Assembly (NCBI GenBank): GCA_051971635.1 | Contig: JBFPLN010000004.1 | Span: forward strand, 1 to 64,000 | Source of the DNA: Candidatus Atelocyanobacterium thalassae | Lineage (GTDB): Bacteria; Cyanobacteriota; Cyanobacteriia; Cyanobacteriales; Microcystaceae | Reading direction: 5' to 3' | Length of the DNA stretch: 64,000 bases | Shown: one piece after another, positions 13,087 through 23,468 of the stretch | How positions within the stretch are numbered: the stretch's first letter is position 1 | Layout of the letters: each line of letters starts with the position of its first letter | Notes under the pieces: model-generated | Told to the model about the DNA's origin: nothing | The model's input: only the letters and a program-made list of their open reading frames with translations | Databases searched by the model: none | Made by a program: the position numbers and the translations under genes

Positions 13087-14523
13087 ATGAAAAAAACCTT
13101 ATTTTTAAGTCCGCCCTCATTTAACGGATTTGACGGAGGTGCAGGAGCAAGGTATCAAGCGAAAAGAGAGATCACTTCTTTTTGGTATCCTACATGGTTG
13201 GCACAGCCAGCAGCATTGGTTCCAGGTAGTAAATTAATTGATGCACCAGCTCATTATCAAAGTGTAGAAGATGTTCTTCTTATTGCGAAAGACTATGAAC
13301 TTGTTATCATGTACACTAGTACTCCAACCTTACCAAATGATGTAAAGTGTGCTGAAGCCATTAAGAAACAAAATCCTACAACTGAGATAGGACTGTTAGG
13401 GGCACATGCGGCAGTATTACCACATCAAACATTAGAAGAAAATCCTGTCTTAGATTTTGTCTGTCGCAATGAATTTGATTACACTTGCAAAGAATTAGCA
13501 GAAGGAAGACCCTACGATACGATTAAAGGTTTAAGTTATCGAGATAAGTTCAATAACATAAAACACACGGACGAGCGAGAGCTTGTCCAAGATTGGGATT
13601 CAATGCCAAGTGTTTTTCCTGTATATCAAAAAAATCTTGATTTTCGTAAATACTTTATTGGTTATTTACTTCACCCATACGTTTCTTTATATACAGGAAG
13701 AGGTTGTCCTGCCAAATGCACCTTCTGCTTGTGGCCGCAAACTATTGGAGGTCATGATTATCGGGCTAAGACTCCCAATGTTGTTGGACAAGAGATGGCT
13801 TTGGCTAAGTCAATTTGGGGTAACTCTGTTCAAGAATACTTTTTTGATGATGATACTTTCACTATTGACAAAAAGCGTGTTATTGCTATCAGTGAACACC
13901 TAAAAAAACTAAATTTAACTTGGAGTTGTAATGCACGTGCCAATTTAGATTACGAAACTCTTAAAACTTTACGTGATAATGGATTAAGATTATTACTAGT
14001 AGGCTTTGAATCTGGTAATCAAAAAGTCCTTGATGGTGTAAAGAAAGGAATTAAACTAGAAGTAGCTCGTAAGTTTATGGCGAACTGCACTAAATTAGGA
14101 ATTAAAGTGCATGGAGCTTTTATTATTGGATTACCAAACGAGACAAAGGAAACTATTGAGGAAACTATACGCTTTGCTTGTGAAGTAAGCCCTCACACTA
14201 TTCAAGTATCTATTGCTTCTCCTTACCCAGGAACAGAACTGTATCAACAGGCACAAGACAATGGATGGTTCAGCAATGGAAATCTAGTGGCCACTTCTGG
14301 TATTCAAATGTCTACCTTACACTATCCTGGTCTATCATCAAGTGATATTGAAGATGCTGTTGAACAAATGTATCGTCGTTTTTATTTCCGTCGTCGTACG
14401 ATTATTCCCATAGTTCAAGAAATGATGGGAAATCCTCAAATGTTAGTACGTCGTTTACGAGAAGGAAGAGAATTTATGTCTTATCTAAAAGAACGACGTA
14501 CTCGAAGCCTTATTAATCATTAA
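13087..14523 (+). CDS. hpnJ: Hopanoid biosynthesis-associated radical SAM protein
   Basis: FDGGAGARYQAKREITSFWYPTWLAQPAA N-terminus, CPAKCTFC radical SAM motif, FFDDDTF. Confidence 0.92.
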   Translation: MKKTLFLSPPSFNGFDGGAGARYQAKREITSFWYPTWLAQPAALVPGSKLIDAPAHYQSVEDVLLIAKDYELVIMYTSTPTLPNDVKCAEAIKKQNPTTEIGLLGAHAAVLPHQTLEENPVLDFVCRNEFDYTCKELAEGRPYDTIKGLSYRDKFNNIKHTDERELVQDWDSMPSVFPVYQKNLDFRKYFIGYLLHPYVSLYTGRGCPAKCTFCLWPQTIGGHDYRAKTPNVVGQEMALAKSIWGNSVQEYFFDDDTFTIDKKRVIAISEHLKKLNLTWSCNARANLDYETLKTLRDNGLRLLLVGFESGNQKVLDGVKKGIKLEVARKFMANCTKLGIKVHGAFIIGLPNETKETIEETIRFACEVSPHTIQVSIASPYPGTELYQQAQDNGWFSNGNLVATSGIQMSTLHYPGLSSSDIEDAVEQMYRRFYFRRRTIIPIVQEMMGNPQMLVRRLREGREFMSYLKERRTRSLINH

Positions 14524-14535
14524 TGTAAATAAATT

Positions 14536-14592
14536 TTAAATCTCACAAAAATCTAGGTTACTGTAACCATAATTCTATTTTGTGAGATTTAA
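14536..14592 (+). terminator. 15-bp stem after hpnJ
   Basis: TTAAATCTCACAAAA and TTTTGTGAGATTTAA. Confidence 0.7.
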
Positions 14593-14754
14593 TCATAACT
14601 CAAATCACTTTAAACCTTATCATTAATTAAGTAGCCATACTTTTTATGAAAAAACGATGTTGACTTACTTTGACCCGTATTAATAGTTTATGATTCTGTC
14701 AATCTTACTTATAAAGTCGTTCTAATACCTCATAACAAAACGAAAGTAAACATA

Positions 14755-15918
14755 ATGCAAGATACTATTATTACTAATGCTAAGATCATTGGATATCAAG
14801 AATTGCAAAAAATCTTAATTAATGAGCAAGGTCTGATTCAAGACATAGCAGAAATAAGTAATGATATTAGTTATTCAAAGTTTTGCAAAATTTACGATGC
14901 ACAAGGAGATTGGGTATCTCTAGGTGGTCTTGACTTACAAATTAATGGAGCACTAGGTTTATCATTTACAGATATTGATGAAACACAGATTCCAAAATTG
15001 CAGGAAATTTGTTATTTTTTATGGAAACAAGGGATAAATTCTTTTTTACCAACAATAGTAACTACTTCAATTAAAAATATTCAAAAATCATTATCAGCAA
15101 TTAGAAAATTTATTGAAATTCAAAATACGATAAGTGACCATACAGCTCAAGTACTTGGAGTTCATTTAGAAGGTCCTTTTTTAAATTATCAAAAGAAAGG
15201 AGCGCATTCATCTTCTTATCTTCTTGAACCTTCTATTAGTTCTGTAAAAAAAGTATTAGAAGACTATGAAGATGTTGTTAAAATAGTAACATTAGCTCCT
15301 GAACTAGATAAAACCAGAAAAGTAATTCCATATTTACTATCAAAAAAAATAATTGTTAGCTTAGGTCACTCTCAGGCCAATGCAGAAGAAGCAAAAATAG
15401 CTTTTGCCATGGGAGCATCGATGGTGACTCATGCATATAATGCGATGCCTTACTTACATCACCGCCAGCCGGGTTTACTGGGGGAAGCAATTATTGATAG
15501 TCAGGTTTTTTGTGGTTTAATAGCTGATGGCCATCATGTCTGTACTACTATGATGGATCTTTTGTTAAGGAGTAGCTTCTACGATAAAGGAATATTTTTA
15601 GTAAGCGATGCTTTAGCACCAATGGGCCTAGGAGACGGATTCTATCCCTGGGACAATCGAGAAATAGAAGTAATAAAAGGAACAGCAAAGCTTGCTGACA
15701 AAACTCTAGCAGGAACAACATTATCTCTATTAACTGGAGTCCAAAATTTGGTTAGCTGGAAAATTTGTTCTCCTGAAGTTGCTATTGCTTTAGCCACTGA
15801 ATCACCTAGAAAAGCTATTAATTTACCTGGTATTTCAGCTGGGCAACCAGCACATTTAATTCAGTGGTATTGGGATAAATTAAATAATCAATTAAATTGG
15901 CAAAGAATTGAGATTTAA
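14755..15918 (+). CDS. nagA: N-acetylglucosamine-6-phosphate deacetylase
   Basis: DLQING, GVHLEGPF, VTLAPE, GHS, THAYNAM, IADGHH, VSDA. Confidence 0.94.
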   Translation: MQDTIITNAKIIGYQELQKILINEQGLIQDIAEISNDISYSKFCKIYDAQGDWVSLGGLDLQINGALGLSFTDIDETQIPKLQEICYFLWKQGINSFLPTIVTTSIKNIQKSLSAIRKFIEIQNTISDHTAQVLGVHLEGPFLNYQKKGAHSSSYLLEPSISSVKKVLEDYEDVVKIVTLAPELDKTRKVIPYLLSKKIIVSLGHSQANAEEAKIAFAMGASMVTHAYNAMPYLHHRQPGLLGEAIIDSQVFCGLIADGHHVCTTMMDLLLRSSFYDKGIFLVSDALAPMGLGDGFYPWDNREIEVIKGTAKLADKTLAGTTLSLLTGVQNLVSWKICSPEVAIALATESPRKAINLPGISAGQPAHLIQWYWDKLNNQLNWQRIEI

Positions 15919-15997
15919 TTTAGATCTCAATTCTCAATAAAACAGCTTAAGATCATTTAAATAAAGAAAAAAGTTGAATATAATATAATCTTTTAAC

Positions 15998-16795
15998 CTA
16001 ATGAGCTACAAAATGATTCTTGAGCCAGCTATACCAATCTGATAAACCTTCTCCAGTAATAGATGAGACTTGGAAGATTTTTAGTTCAGGATTTACCTGT
16101 TTAGCATATTCTAAGCACTGGTCAACATCAAAATTTAAATAAGGCAATAAATCGATTTTTGTTAGTAGCATTACTTGACTTTTCCTAAACATATGAGGAT
16201 ATTTAAGAGGTTTATCTTCTCCTTCTGTAGTAGATAAAATAGCAATTTTAGATGATTCGCCAAGATCAAATAGAGCAGGACAAACTAAATTACCAACATT
16301 TTCTATCATCAAAATTGAATCAGGGTCAGGTTCTAATTCCATATAGCCTCGTTGAATCATTGAAGCTTCTAGATGACAACCTGCCCCAGTATTAATTTGG
16401 ACAACTTTACAACCAGTTTCTTGAATTTTTTCAGCATCATTAATAGTTTCTTGATCTCCTTCAATAACACTTATCGAAATATATTTTTTCAAGTCATTAA
16501 TTGTACGAGTTAGTAAAGTTGTTTTACCTGCACCTGGAGAACTTACCAAATTGAGAGAACAAATATTATTTTTTCTGAAAAAGAGACGATTTTGTTCTGC
16601 AAACGAATTATTTTTTTGTAAAATTTCTTGCTCCAGATTAATTATATCTTCAGAAGCTTGGAGACTTTGAGAGTAGGTAACCACAACATTATTAATCAAT
16701 TCATAGCCATCATGGTCAGTCTCTTTTTTTTCTCTTATGTCAATTTTAGTTAGAGAAATATCATTATGACTAGTACATCCACATATTACACACAT
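15998..16795 (-). CDS. hypB: Hydrogenase nickel incorporation GTPase
   Basis: N-terminal CxxCGC, SSPGAGKTT, INTGAGCHL, ENVGNLVCPA, EGEDKPLKYP. Confidence 0.96.
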   Translation of the reverse strand: MCVICGCTSHNDISLTKIDIREKKETDHDGYELINNVVVTYSQSLQASEDIINLEQEILQKNNSFAEQNRLFFRKNNICSLNLVSSPGAGKTTLLTRTINDLKKYISISVIEGDQETINDAEKIQETGCKVVQINTGAGCHLEASMIQRGYMELEPDPDSILMIENVGNLVCPALFDLGESSKIAILSTTEGEDKPLKYPHMFRKSQVMLLTKIDLLPYLNFDVDQCLEYAKQVNPELKIFQVSSITGEGLSDWYSWLKNHFVAH

Positions 16796-16801
16796 AATTT
16801 T

Positions 16802-17131
16802 TTATAACTCCATTTCTTTAATTTTTAATTCTTGTCCCTGAATAATTTCTAATTTGAAACTACCACAATAATTGCATTTTCCGTAGGGTTTAGATAAGTT
16901 AATTTCTGTTTTACATTGGAGACATTTACCGACTCCCTGAATTTCAATAATTTCTAGAATTGCTCCTTCTAATAAAGTCTCTTTACAACAGATATCAAAG
17001 CAAAAATGGATAGAATTGGGAATAATTGCAGAGAGTCTACCTATTTCAAGAGTAACACGCTTTACTTTTCTACCGTTTGCTTTCTCTAAGACAATAGCTA
17101 CAATATTTCTGGTAATTCCTAGTTCATGCAT
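16802..17131 (-). CDS. hypA: Hydrogenase maturation nickel chaperone (start reassigned to MHE)
   Basis: MHELGI Ni-binding N-terminus and two CxxC motifs. ATG at 17131 is preferred over the track start at 17143. Confidence 0.95.
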   Translation of the reverse strand: MHELGITRNIVAIVLEKANGRKVKRVTLEIGRLSAIIPNSIHFCFDICCKETLLEGAILEIIEIQGVGKCLQCKTEINLSKPYGKCNYCGSFKLEIIQGQELKIKEMEL

Positions 17132-17432
17132 AATAAAAATCACTAAACATCAAATTGCTGTTAAAGTATTTTTCAAATATATGAGATAAATTGAGTAAAT
17201 GTCTTCAACATACTATTTTAAAGTTGGAATTTATTTTTAAAAATCAATCTAATACCTCAAAAAAGGTAACGAAGCATAGCAGAGCTGCTATTCTAATATT
17301 GTTAGCAGTTAACTACATTTAAAGAGCATAAACATAATATTCTATTAGTAACTCAATATAAGGTTTCTTATAAAAAGTTCTTAAATTATTAAATAAATAC
17401 AGATGACTATCTAAGATTTTGCAAAAACTATT

Positions 17433-18617
17433 TCAAGCTCTCCACAAAAGAATACGGTTGTTTCCAGAATCAGAAATCACTGCAGTGTTCTTACAAGTAG
17501 TAATACCATAAGGCCAACTTAAACTATTACGGCTTGAATCTCCATAGAAACGATTTTCATTTTTAATTCTGAAGCCAGATTGTCCACTTAACCCCTGTGC
17601 TGCTTGTCCCGTAATAGGTTGATGTTTCCATCCTAAAAGGCGAGAATTCGCGGTATCAGCAGCAATTAACCATTCATTCATCACTGTTATTCCATATGGC
17701 ATACTAAGAGTACTAGACGAAGGGAAATAACTACCTTTATTTAATTCAGTATCTTTAAAGTTTTTTTGTCCTAGGACAAGACTGCACGGAATATTACTAG
17801 TAGTAGGAATTCCATCCCAGATCATGATTCGATTGTTACCAGCATCAGTTATCACTAAATTGTCATCCCAGGTAGTTAAAGCATGAGGCCAACGTAAGCT
17901 ACTAGGATTCGGATCTCTTCCTCCATTTTCGTCTCTTAAGTTCATATCTAATTGTCCAAGAACATAATCTGCAGGTTGTCCATTCTTTGTTGGAAGTTTA
18001 TCCCATACCAAGACTCTACGATTACCTGTATCGGCTACAAATAAACGACCTTGAAAATACATAACACCATAAGGCCAATGCATCCTGTTAGCTGCAGTAG
18101 TAGGACTCCCTTGGTTCGATTGGTTCTGATTAAAGTTATTTTGTCCTAAAACAATATCCGCGTTAGTATTATCTTTTGAAGGTATTTGATTCCAAATCAA
18201 CACTCTATGATTCCATGCATCGGCAACTACGAGACCTTCTCCACAACTACAGATACCTGTAGGAACATTTAAAGTATTTGCCTGAACATGACCTTTCGCG
18301 TTTTGACCTTCATGATAAAAATCTGGTTGTCCAATAATCCAATCGGCAGCTTGACCATCTTTTTCAGGACGATTCTTCCATCCCATTAAACGATGATGGC
18401 CAGTATCACAAACCCATAATGGTCCGTTCTCAGAAATTAAAAAAGCTCCTCTTGGACCAAACATCGTAGTAGGGGAAGGGTGAACAGACGAGACTAAAGC
18501 TTCAGATTTAGTCTCTCCAAGAATAATTTCTGCGCCTTTTGAATTTAATATATCTAAAAAAGTTTCTTTATTTGTAGTACTATTAGATGTTTGATTTATT
18601 TCTGGTACAAATTCCAT
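17433..18617 (-). CDS. NHL-repeat beta-propeller protein associated with cyanobacterial hyp clusters
   Basis: Six repeats of P-x-G...V[AC]D[TA]GN[HN]R[IVL]L[IV]W; lies directly upstream of hypAB. Confidence 0.85.
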   Translation of the reverse strand: MEFVPEINQTSNSTTNKETFLDILNSKGAEIILGETKSEALVSSVHPSPTTMFGPRGAFLISENGPLWVCDTGHHRLMGWKNRPEKDGQAADWIIGQPDFYHEGQNAKGHVQANTLNVPTGICSCGEGLVVADAWNHRVLIWNQIPSKDNTNADIVLGQNNFNQNQSNQGSPTTAANRMHWPYGVMYFQGRLFVADTGNRRVLVWDKLPTKNGQPADYVLGQLDMNLRDENGGRDPNPSSLRWPHALTTWDDNLVITDAGNNRIMIWDGIPTTSNIPCSLVLGQKNFKDTELNKGSYFPSSSTLSMPYGITVMNEWLIAADTANSRLLGWKHQPITGQAAQGLSGQSGFRIKNENRFYGDSSRNSLSWPYGITTCKNTAVISDSGNNRILLWRA

Positions 18618-18932
18618 TATTTGAAAGAATTATTTTTCTAAACTAGATCCTATTGTAAAGAATAAAATAATCATGGATTAGTTTTTTTACAAGACTACAT
18701 TTAAATCGTGATACAAGGTAAAATTTGAGAATTACCGCTAAGAGTGTAAGAAAAATAATTTACCTACTTAAGAGAAAATAAATTTAATCAGGTAAAATTG
18801 TAGCTTGAGTTTTTATAAGTTTTAAAATAAAACTGTATATTTATTGCGTACTTTCGGTATATTCTGCTATAATGCTGAATCTGATAGAATCAATCATCAT
18901 TATACTCAATAATTTTTTCCTGGATAAAGACT

Positions 18933-19226
18933 GTGGCTAACTCAAAGTCTGCAACTAAACGCATTCAAATTGCTGAACGCAACCGGCTCCGTAATAAGAG
19001 CTATAGTTCAGCTGTAAAAACTTTAATGAAAAAATACTTTCAAGCAGTAGAAAAATATGCTGCATCTCCTACTGCTGATAACAAAGCAATAGTTGAAAAA
19101 AGTATGTCAGCAGCTTATAGCAAAATTGATAAAGCTGTTAAAAGAAGTGTTTTACATCGTAACAATGGCGCTAGAAAAAAAGCCCGATTAGCAAAATTTT
19201 TACAGAAAATTGTCCCGGATTCATAA
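18933..19226 (+). CDS. rpsT: 30S ribosomal protein S20
   Basis: [42 protein letters not shown] start. Confidence 0.98.
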   Translation: MANSKSATKRIQIAERNRLRNKSYSSAVKTLMKKYFQAVEKYAASPTADNKAIVEKSMSAAYSKIDKAVKRSVLHRNNGARKKARLAKFLQKIVPDS

Positions 19227-19343
19227 AGCTCGTTTTCGTTTCCTGAGATATAGACCTATAAGTAGAAGCTAAAGCTAAAAAGTATTTGTTTAGATATTCC
19301 TTATTAGTTTATCTTAGACAAAATATTTATCTAGATGGAGTTA

Positions 19344-20000
19344 ATGCAACTTATAAATTCTTCTGCTCCTACTAAAAAACTACAGCAAGAAACAAAAGTT
19401 ATTTACTTAACTCCATTGAAATTCAGCAAATAGTGAATCAGGTAAAGACTAATTTTTATAATTTGCTCATACACCATCTAGATACTTACAAGTAGGCTAT
19501 ATAGTAATAAGTTCTTAAGTTTTATTTATTCTGAACAAAGACTAAATTTATATAGACTCAATAGTCAACAACAGTAATATAAAGCCTAAGAAAAAAACTT
19601 GATAATGATTACAGAATCAAAAAACAATTTAGTGTTTACTGTCGCAATGCAACTCAAAGACTTAAAAATATATTCAAAATATTTTAGCAAGAAGTCAGGC
19701 TACTAAAAGGGATAATAAATTATTGGTATGGTTTGCTAAAAAGGATCAAATGTTTCTAAATTTAAGTTTTCCTAATAGTCTTGGACCAATAATCGTTTTT
19801 AGTAGAACTAGAACCATCCAAGAAAGGTCCATGGTAGTTTCAAGGTCATGGTAACTTCAATAAATTACTTATTTATTGGAATGGATTATTCCTTATTAAT
19901 TTTTCTAAATGAAGAAAATGTAGTAGACCTATCAAATGTAGATTGTATCGTTGAATTACATCATGCCTTCTTAACAAGAATGGCTCAACAAGCGACCTGA
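19344..20000 (+). pseudogene. tatD: Heavily degraded TatD-family hydrolase
   Basis: Colinear motif relics in different frames: MQLINS (19344), IHHLD (~19469), SVYCRNA (19631), GIINYWYG (19709), MAQQAT (19980). Occupies the rpsT-tatD-rpoB syntenic position. Confidence 0.8.
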
Positions 20001-20072
20001 GGTCTGTAAACCATCTCAGTTATCAATTAATTTTTGAAAGTATATTTTTAATAATTCTCAATTGATCAACCT

Positions 20073-23000
20073 ATGAATAATTTGATCTATAACTATAACC
20101 TTCTCCCCGATCTTATCGAAATTCAGCACTTAAGTTTTCGTTGGTTTCTTGAAGAAGGATTAATCGAAGAACTTAACAGCTTCTCTCCTATTACTGACTA
20201 TACAGGGAAGCTAGAGCTACATTTTCTAGGAAACGATTATAAATTAAAAGAACCTAAACACGATGTCGATGAAGCAAAACGTCGAGACAGTACTTATTCA
20301 GTACAGATGTATGTTCCCACGCGTTTAATCAATAAAGAGACAGGAGAAATTAAGGAACAAGAAGTTTTTATTGGTGATTTACCATTAATGACTGATCGAG
20401 GAACATTCATTATTAATGGTGCAGAGCGAGTTATTGTTAATCAGATAGTACGTTCACCAGGAGTATACTATAAAGCAGAAACTGATAAAAATGGGAGACG
20501 TACTTATTCGGCTTCATTGATTCCCAACCGGGGAGCCTGGTTAAAATTTGAAACTGATAAAAATGGTTTAGTATGGGTTAGGATAGATAAAACTCGTAAA
20601 TTATCAGCCCAAGTTCTTCTAAAAGCTATTGGGTTAAGTGACAATGAAATATTTGATTCTCTACGTCACCCTGAATTTTATCAAAGAACTCTAGAAAAAG
20701 AAGGTAACCCTACCGAAGAAGATGCCTTACTAGAGTTGTATAGAAAGTTAAGGCCTGGTGAGCCTCCCACAGTGAGTGGAGGGCAGCAACTCTTGGAATC
20801 TCGTTTCTTTGATAGTAAGCGGTATGATCTAGGTCGAGTAGGAAGATATAAACTCAACAAAAAACTTCGTTTGAATGCCCCAGACACAATGCGTGTTCTA
20901 CGACAACAAGATATTTTGTCTGCTATAGATTATCTCATAAACCTAGAATTTGATATCGGAACAGTAGATGATATTGATCATTTGGGAAACCGTAGAGTTC
21001 GCTCAGTTGGAGAACTTCTTCAAAACCAAGTCAGAGTCGGTTTAAACCGTCTTGAAAGAATTATCAGAGAGCGAATGACAGTTAGTGAATCTGATAGCTT
21101 GACACCTGCCTCCTTGGTTAATCCCAAGCCCTTGGTAGCTGCAATAAAAGAGTTTTTTGGTTCATCTCAACTGTCTCAGTTTATGGATCAAACTAATCCA
21201 CTAGCTGAATTAACTCATAAGAGACGTATATCAGCTCTTGGACCTGGAGGTCTTGCTAGAGAAAGAGCCGGTTTTGCTGTTAGAGACATTCATCCTTCCC
21301 ATCATGGACGTATTTGTCCTGTAGAAACTCCAGAAGGTCCCAATGCCGGATTAATAGGATCTTTAGCAACTTATGCTAGAGTCAATCAGTATGGATTTAT
21401 TGAAACTCCTTATTACCGTGTAGAAAATGGGAGAGTAAGGCGAGATCTAGATCCAGTTTATCTTACAGCTGATGAAGAAGACGATCTTAGAGTTGCACCG
21501 GGAGATATTAGTACTGATACAGACGGTAATATAATAGGTAACGTAGTTCCTACTCGCTATCGCCAGGAATTTTTTATAACTAGTCCTGATCAAGTAGATT
21601 TTGTGGCTGTTTCCCCCGTACAGATTATTTCTGTTGCTACCTCTATGATACCTTTCTTAGAGCACGATGATGCGAACCGTGCTTTGATGGGGTCTAACAT
21701 GCAGAGGCAAGCGGTTCCATTACTAAGACCAGAAAGACCACTCGTTGGTACAGGATTAGAGGCTCAAGCAGCTAGAGATTCCGGAATGGTTATTGTATCT
21801 AGAACTGAAGGTATTGTTACCTATGTTGATGCTAATAAAATACGAGTTAGGGTAACTGGTCCAGATAATCATGACAGAGTTGGCCAAGAGATACAGTACA
21901 TATTACAGAAATACCAGCGTTCTAACCAAGATACTTGTTTAAATCAAAGGCCATTAGTGTATGTCGGTGAAGATGTAGTACCAGGTCAAGTACTGGCAGA
22001 TGGTTCTGCTACTGAAGGAGGAGAGTTAGCTCTTGGCCAAAATATCTTGGTAGCCTATATGCCCTGGGAAGGCTACAACTATGAAGATGCTATCTTAATT
22101 AGTGAACGTTTGGTATTTGATGATATATATACAAGTATTCACGTAGAAAAATTTGAGATTGAAGCCCGTCAAACAAAGTTAGGGCCAGAAGAAATTACTC
22201 GAGAAATTCCTAACATTGGAGAAGATTCTCTTAAAAACTTAGATGAACAGGGAATTATCCATATTGGAGCATGGGTAGAAGCAGGAGATATTCTTGTGGG
22301 GAAAGTAACTCCAAAAGGAGAGTCGGATCAACCTCCAGAAGAAAAACTTCTTCGAGCTATCTTTGGAGAAAAAGCAAGAGATGTAAGAGATAATTCATTA
22401 AGAGTTCCTAATGGTGAAAAAGGAAGAGTAGTAGATGTACGAGTGTTTACACGAGAACAAGGTGATGAGCTACCTCCAGGGGCTAATATTGTTGTCAGAG
22501 TCTATGTAGCTCAGAAACGTAAAATTCAAGTTGGCGATAAAATGGCAGGACGCCACGGCAACAAAGGAATTATCTCTAGAATTTTACCAATTGAAGATAT
22601 GCCATATCTCCCAGATGGTCGCCCTATGGATATAGTATTAAATCCTTTAGGAGTTCCATCGAGAATGAATGTTGGTCAAGTATTTGAATGTCTTCTTGGA
22701 TGGGCTGGAGAAAACTTAGGAGTAAGATTTAAGATTACTCCTTTTGATGAGATGTATGGTGAAGAGTCATCTCGTAAGACTGTTCATGGCTTATTGGCTA
22801 AAGCAGCCGAGAAACCCCGTAAAGACTGGGTTTATGAAGATGCTCACCCAGGGAAAATCCCTGTTTATGATGGGCGCACTGGGGAAAAATTTGATCGACC
22901 TATTACTGTTGGTCAAGCCTATATGTTAAAGCTAGTACATCTTGTAGATGATAAAATCCATGCACGTTCTACAGGTCCTTATTCCTTAGTAACTCAACAA

Positions 23001-23384
23001 CCTCTTGGAGGAAAAGCTCAACAGGGTGGTCAGCGTTTTGGAGAAATGGAAGTATGGGCCTTAGAAGCATATGGTGCTGCATATACCTTACAAGAACTAT
23101 TAACAGTAAAATCTGATGATATGGAAGGACGAAATGAAGCTTTAAATGCCATTGTTAAAGGGAAACCTATACCTCGTCCAGGAACACCAGAATCATTTAA
23201 AGTATTAATGAGAGAATTACAGTCTTTAGGTTTAGACATTGCTGTTCACAAAGTAGAAACAGCTGATGATGGAACAAGTCGAGATGTAGAAGTTGATTTA
23301 ATGATTGACAGTCAACGCCGTTCACCTAACCGTCCAACCTATGAGTCACTAACTACAGAGGATCTTGAAGCAGAAGAGGTTTAA
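20073..23384 (+). CDS. rpoB: RNA polymerase beta subunit
   Basis: [47 protein letters not shown]. Confidence 0.99.
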   Translation: MNNLIYNYNLLPDLIEIQHLSFRWFLEEGLIEELNSFSPITDYTGKLELHFLGNDYKLKEPKHDVDEAKRRDSTYSVQMYVPTRLINKETGEIKEQEVFIGDLPLMTDRGTFIINGAERVIVNQIVRSPGVYYKAETDKNGRRTYSASLIPNRGAWLKFETDKNGLVWVRIDKTRKLSAQVLLKAIGLSDNEIFDSLRHPEFYQRTLEKEGNPTEEDALLELYRKLRPGEPPTVSGGQQLLESRFFDSKRYDLGRVGRYKLNKKLRLNAPDTMRVLRQQDILSAIDYLINLEFDIGTVDDIDHLGNRRVRSVGELLQNQVRVGLNRLERIIRERMTVSESDSLTPASLVNPKPLVAAIKEFFGSSQLSQFMDQTNPLAELTHKRRISALGPGGLARERAGFAVRDIHPSHHGRICPVETPEGPNAGLIGSLATYARVNQYGFIETPYYRVENGRVRRDLDPVYLTADEEDDLRVAPGDISTDTDGNIIGNVVPTRYRQEFFITSPDQVDFVAVSPVQIISVATSMIPFLEHDDANRALMGSNMQRQAVPLLRPERPLVGTGLEAQAARDSGMVIVSRTEGIVTYVDANKIRVRVTGPDNHDRVGQEIQYILQKYQRSNQDTCLNQRPLVYVGEDVVPGQVLADGSATEGGELALGQNILVAYMPWEGYNYEDAILISERLVFDDIYTSIHVEKFEIEARQTKLGPEEITREIPNIGEDSLKNLDEQGIIHIGAWVEAGDILVGKVTPKGESDQPPEEKLLRAIFGEKARDVRDNSLRVPNGEKGRVVDVRVFTREQGDELPPGANIVVRVYVAQKRKIQVGDKMAGRHGNKGIISRILPIEDMPYLPDGRPMDIVLNPLGVPSRMNVGQVFECLLGWAGENLGVRFKITPFDEMYGEESSRKTVHGLLAKAAEKPRKDWVYEDAHPGKIPVYDGRTGEKFDRPITVGQAYMLKLVHLVDDKIHARSTGPYSLVTQQPLGGKAQQGGQRFGEMEVWALEAYGAAYTLQELLTVKSDDMEGRNEALNAIVKGKPIPRPGTPESFKVLMRELQSLGLDIAVHKVETADDGTSRDVEVDLMIDSQRRSPNRPTYESLTTEDLEAEEV

Positions 23385-23468
23385 ACGAAAGAATTATCAA
23401 TGATAGATATCAATAAAAATTATTTATTATTGGCTATTAATTACTATTAACTATAACTACTAACCAAA

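Noticed and set aside
17144..17432. hypE or hypD relic between the NHL gene and hypA
   Set aside because: No recognisable motifs in the frames I read
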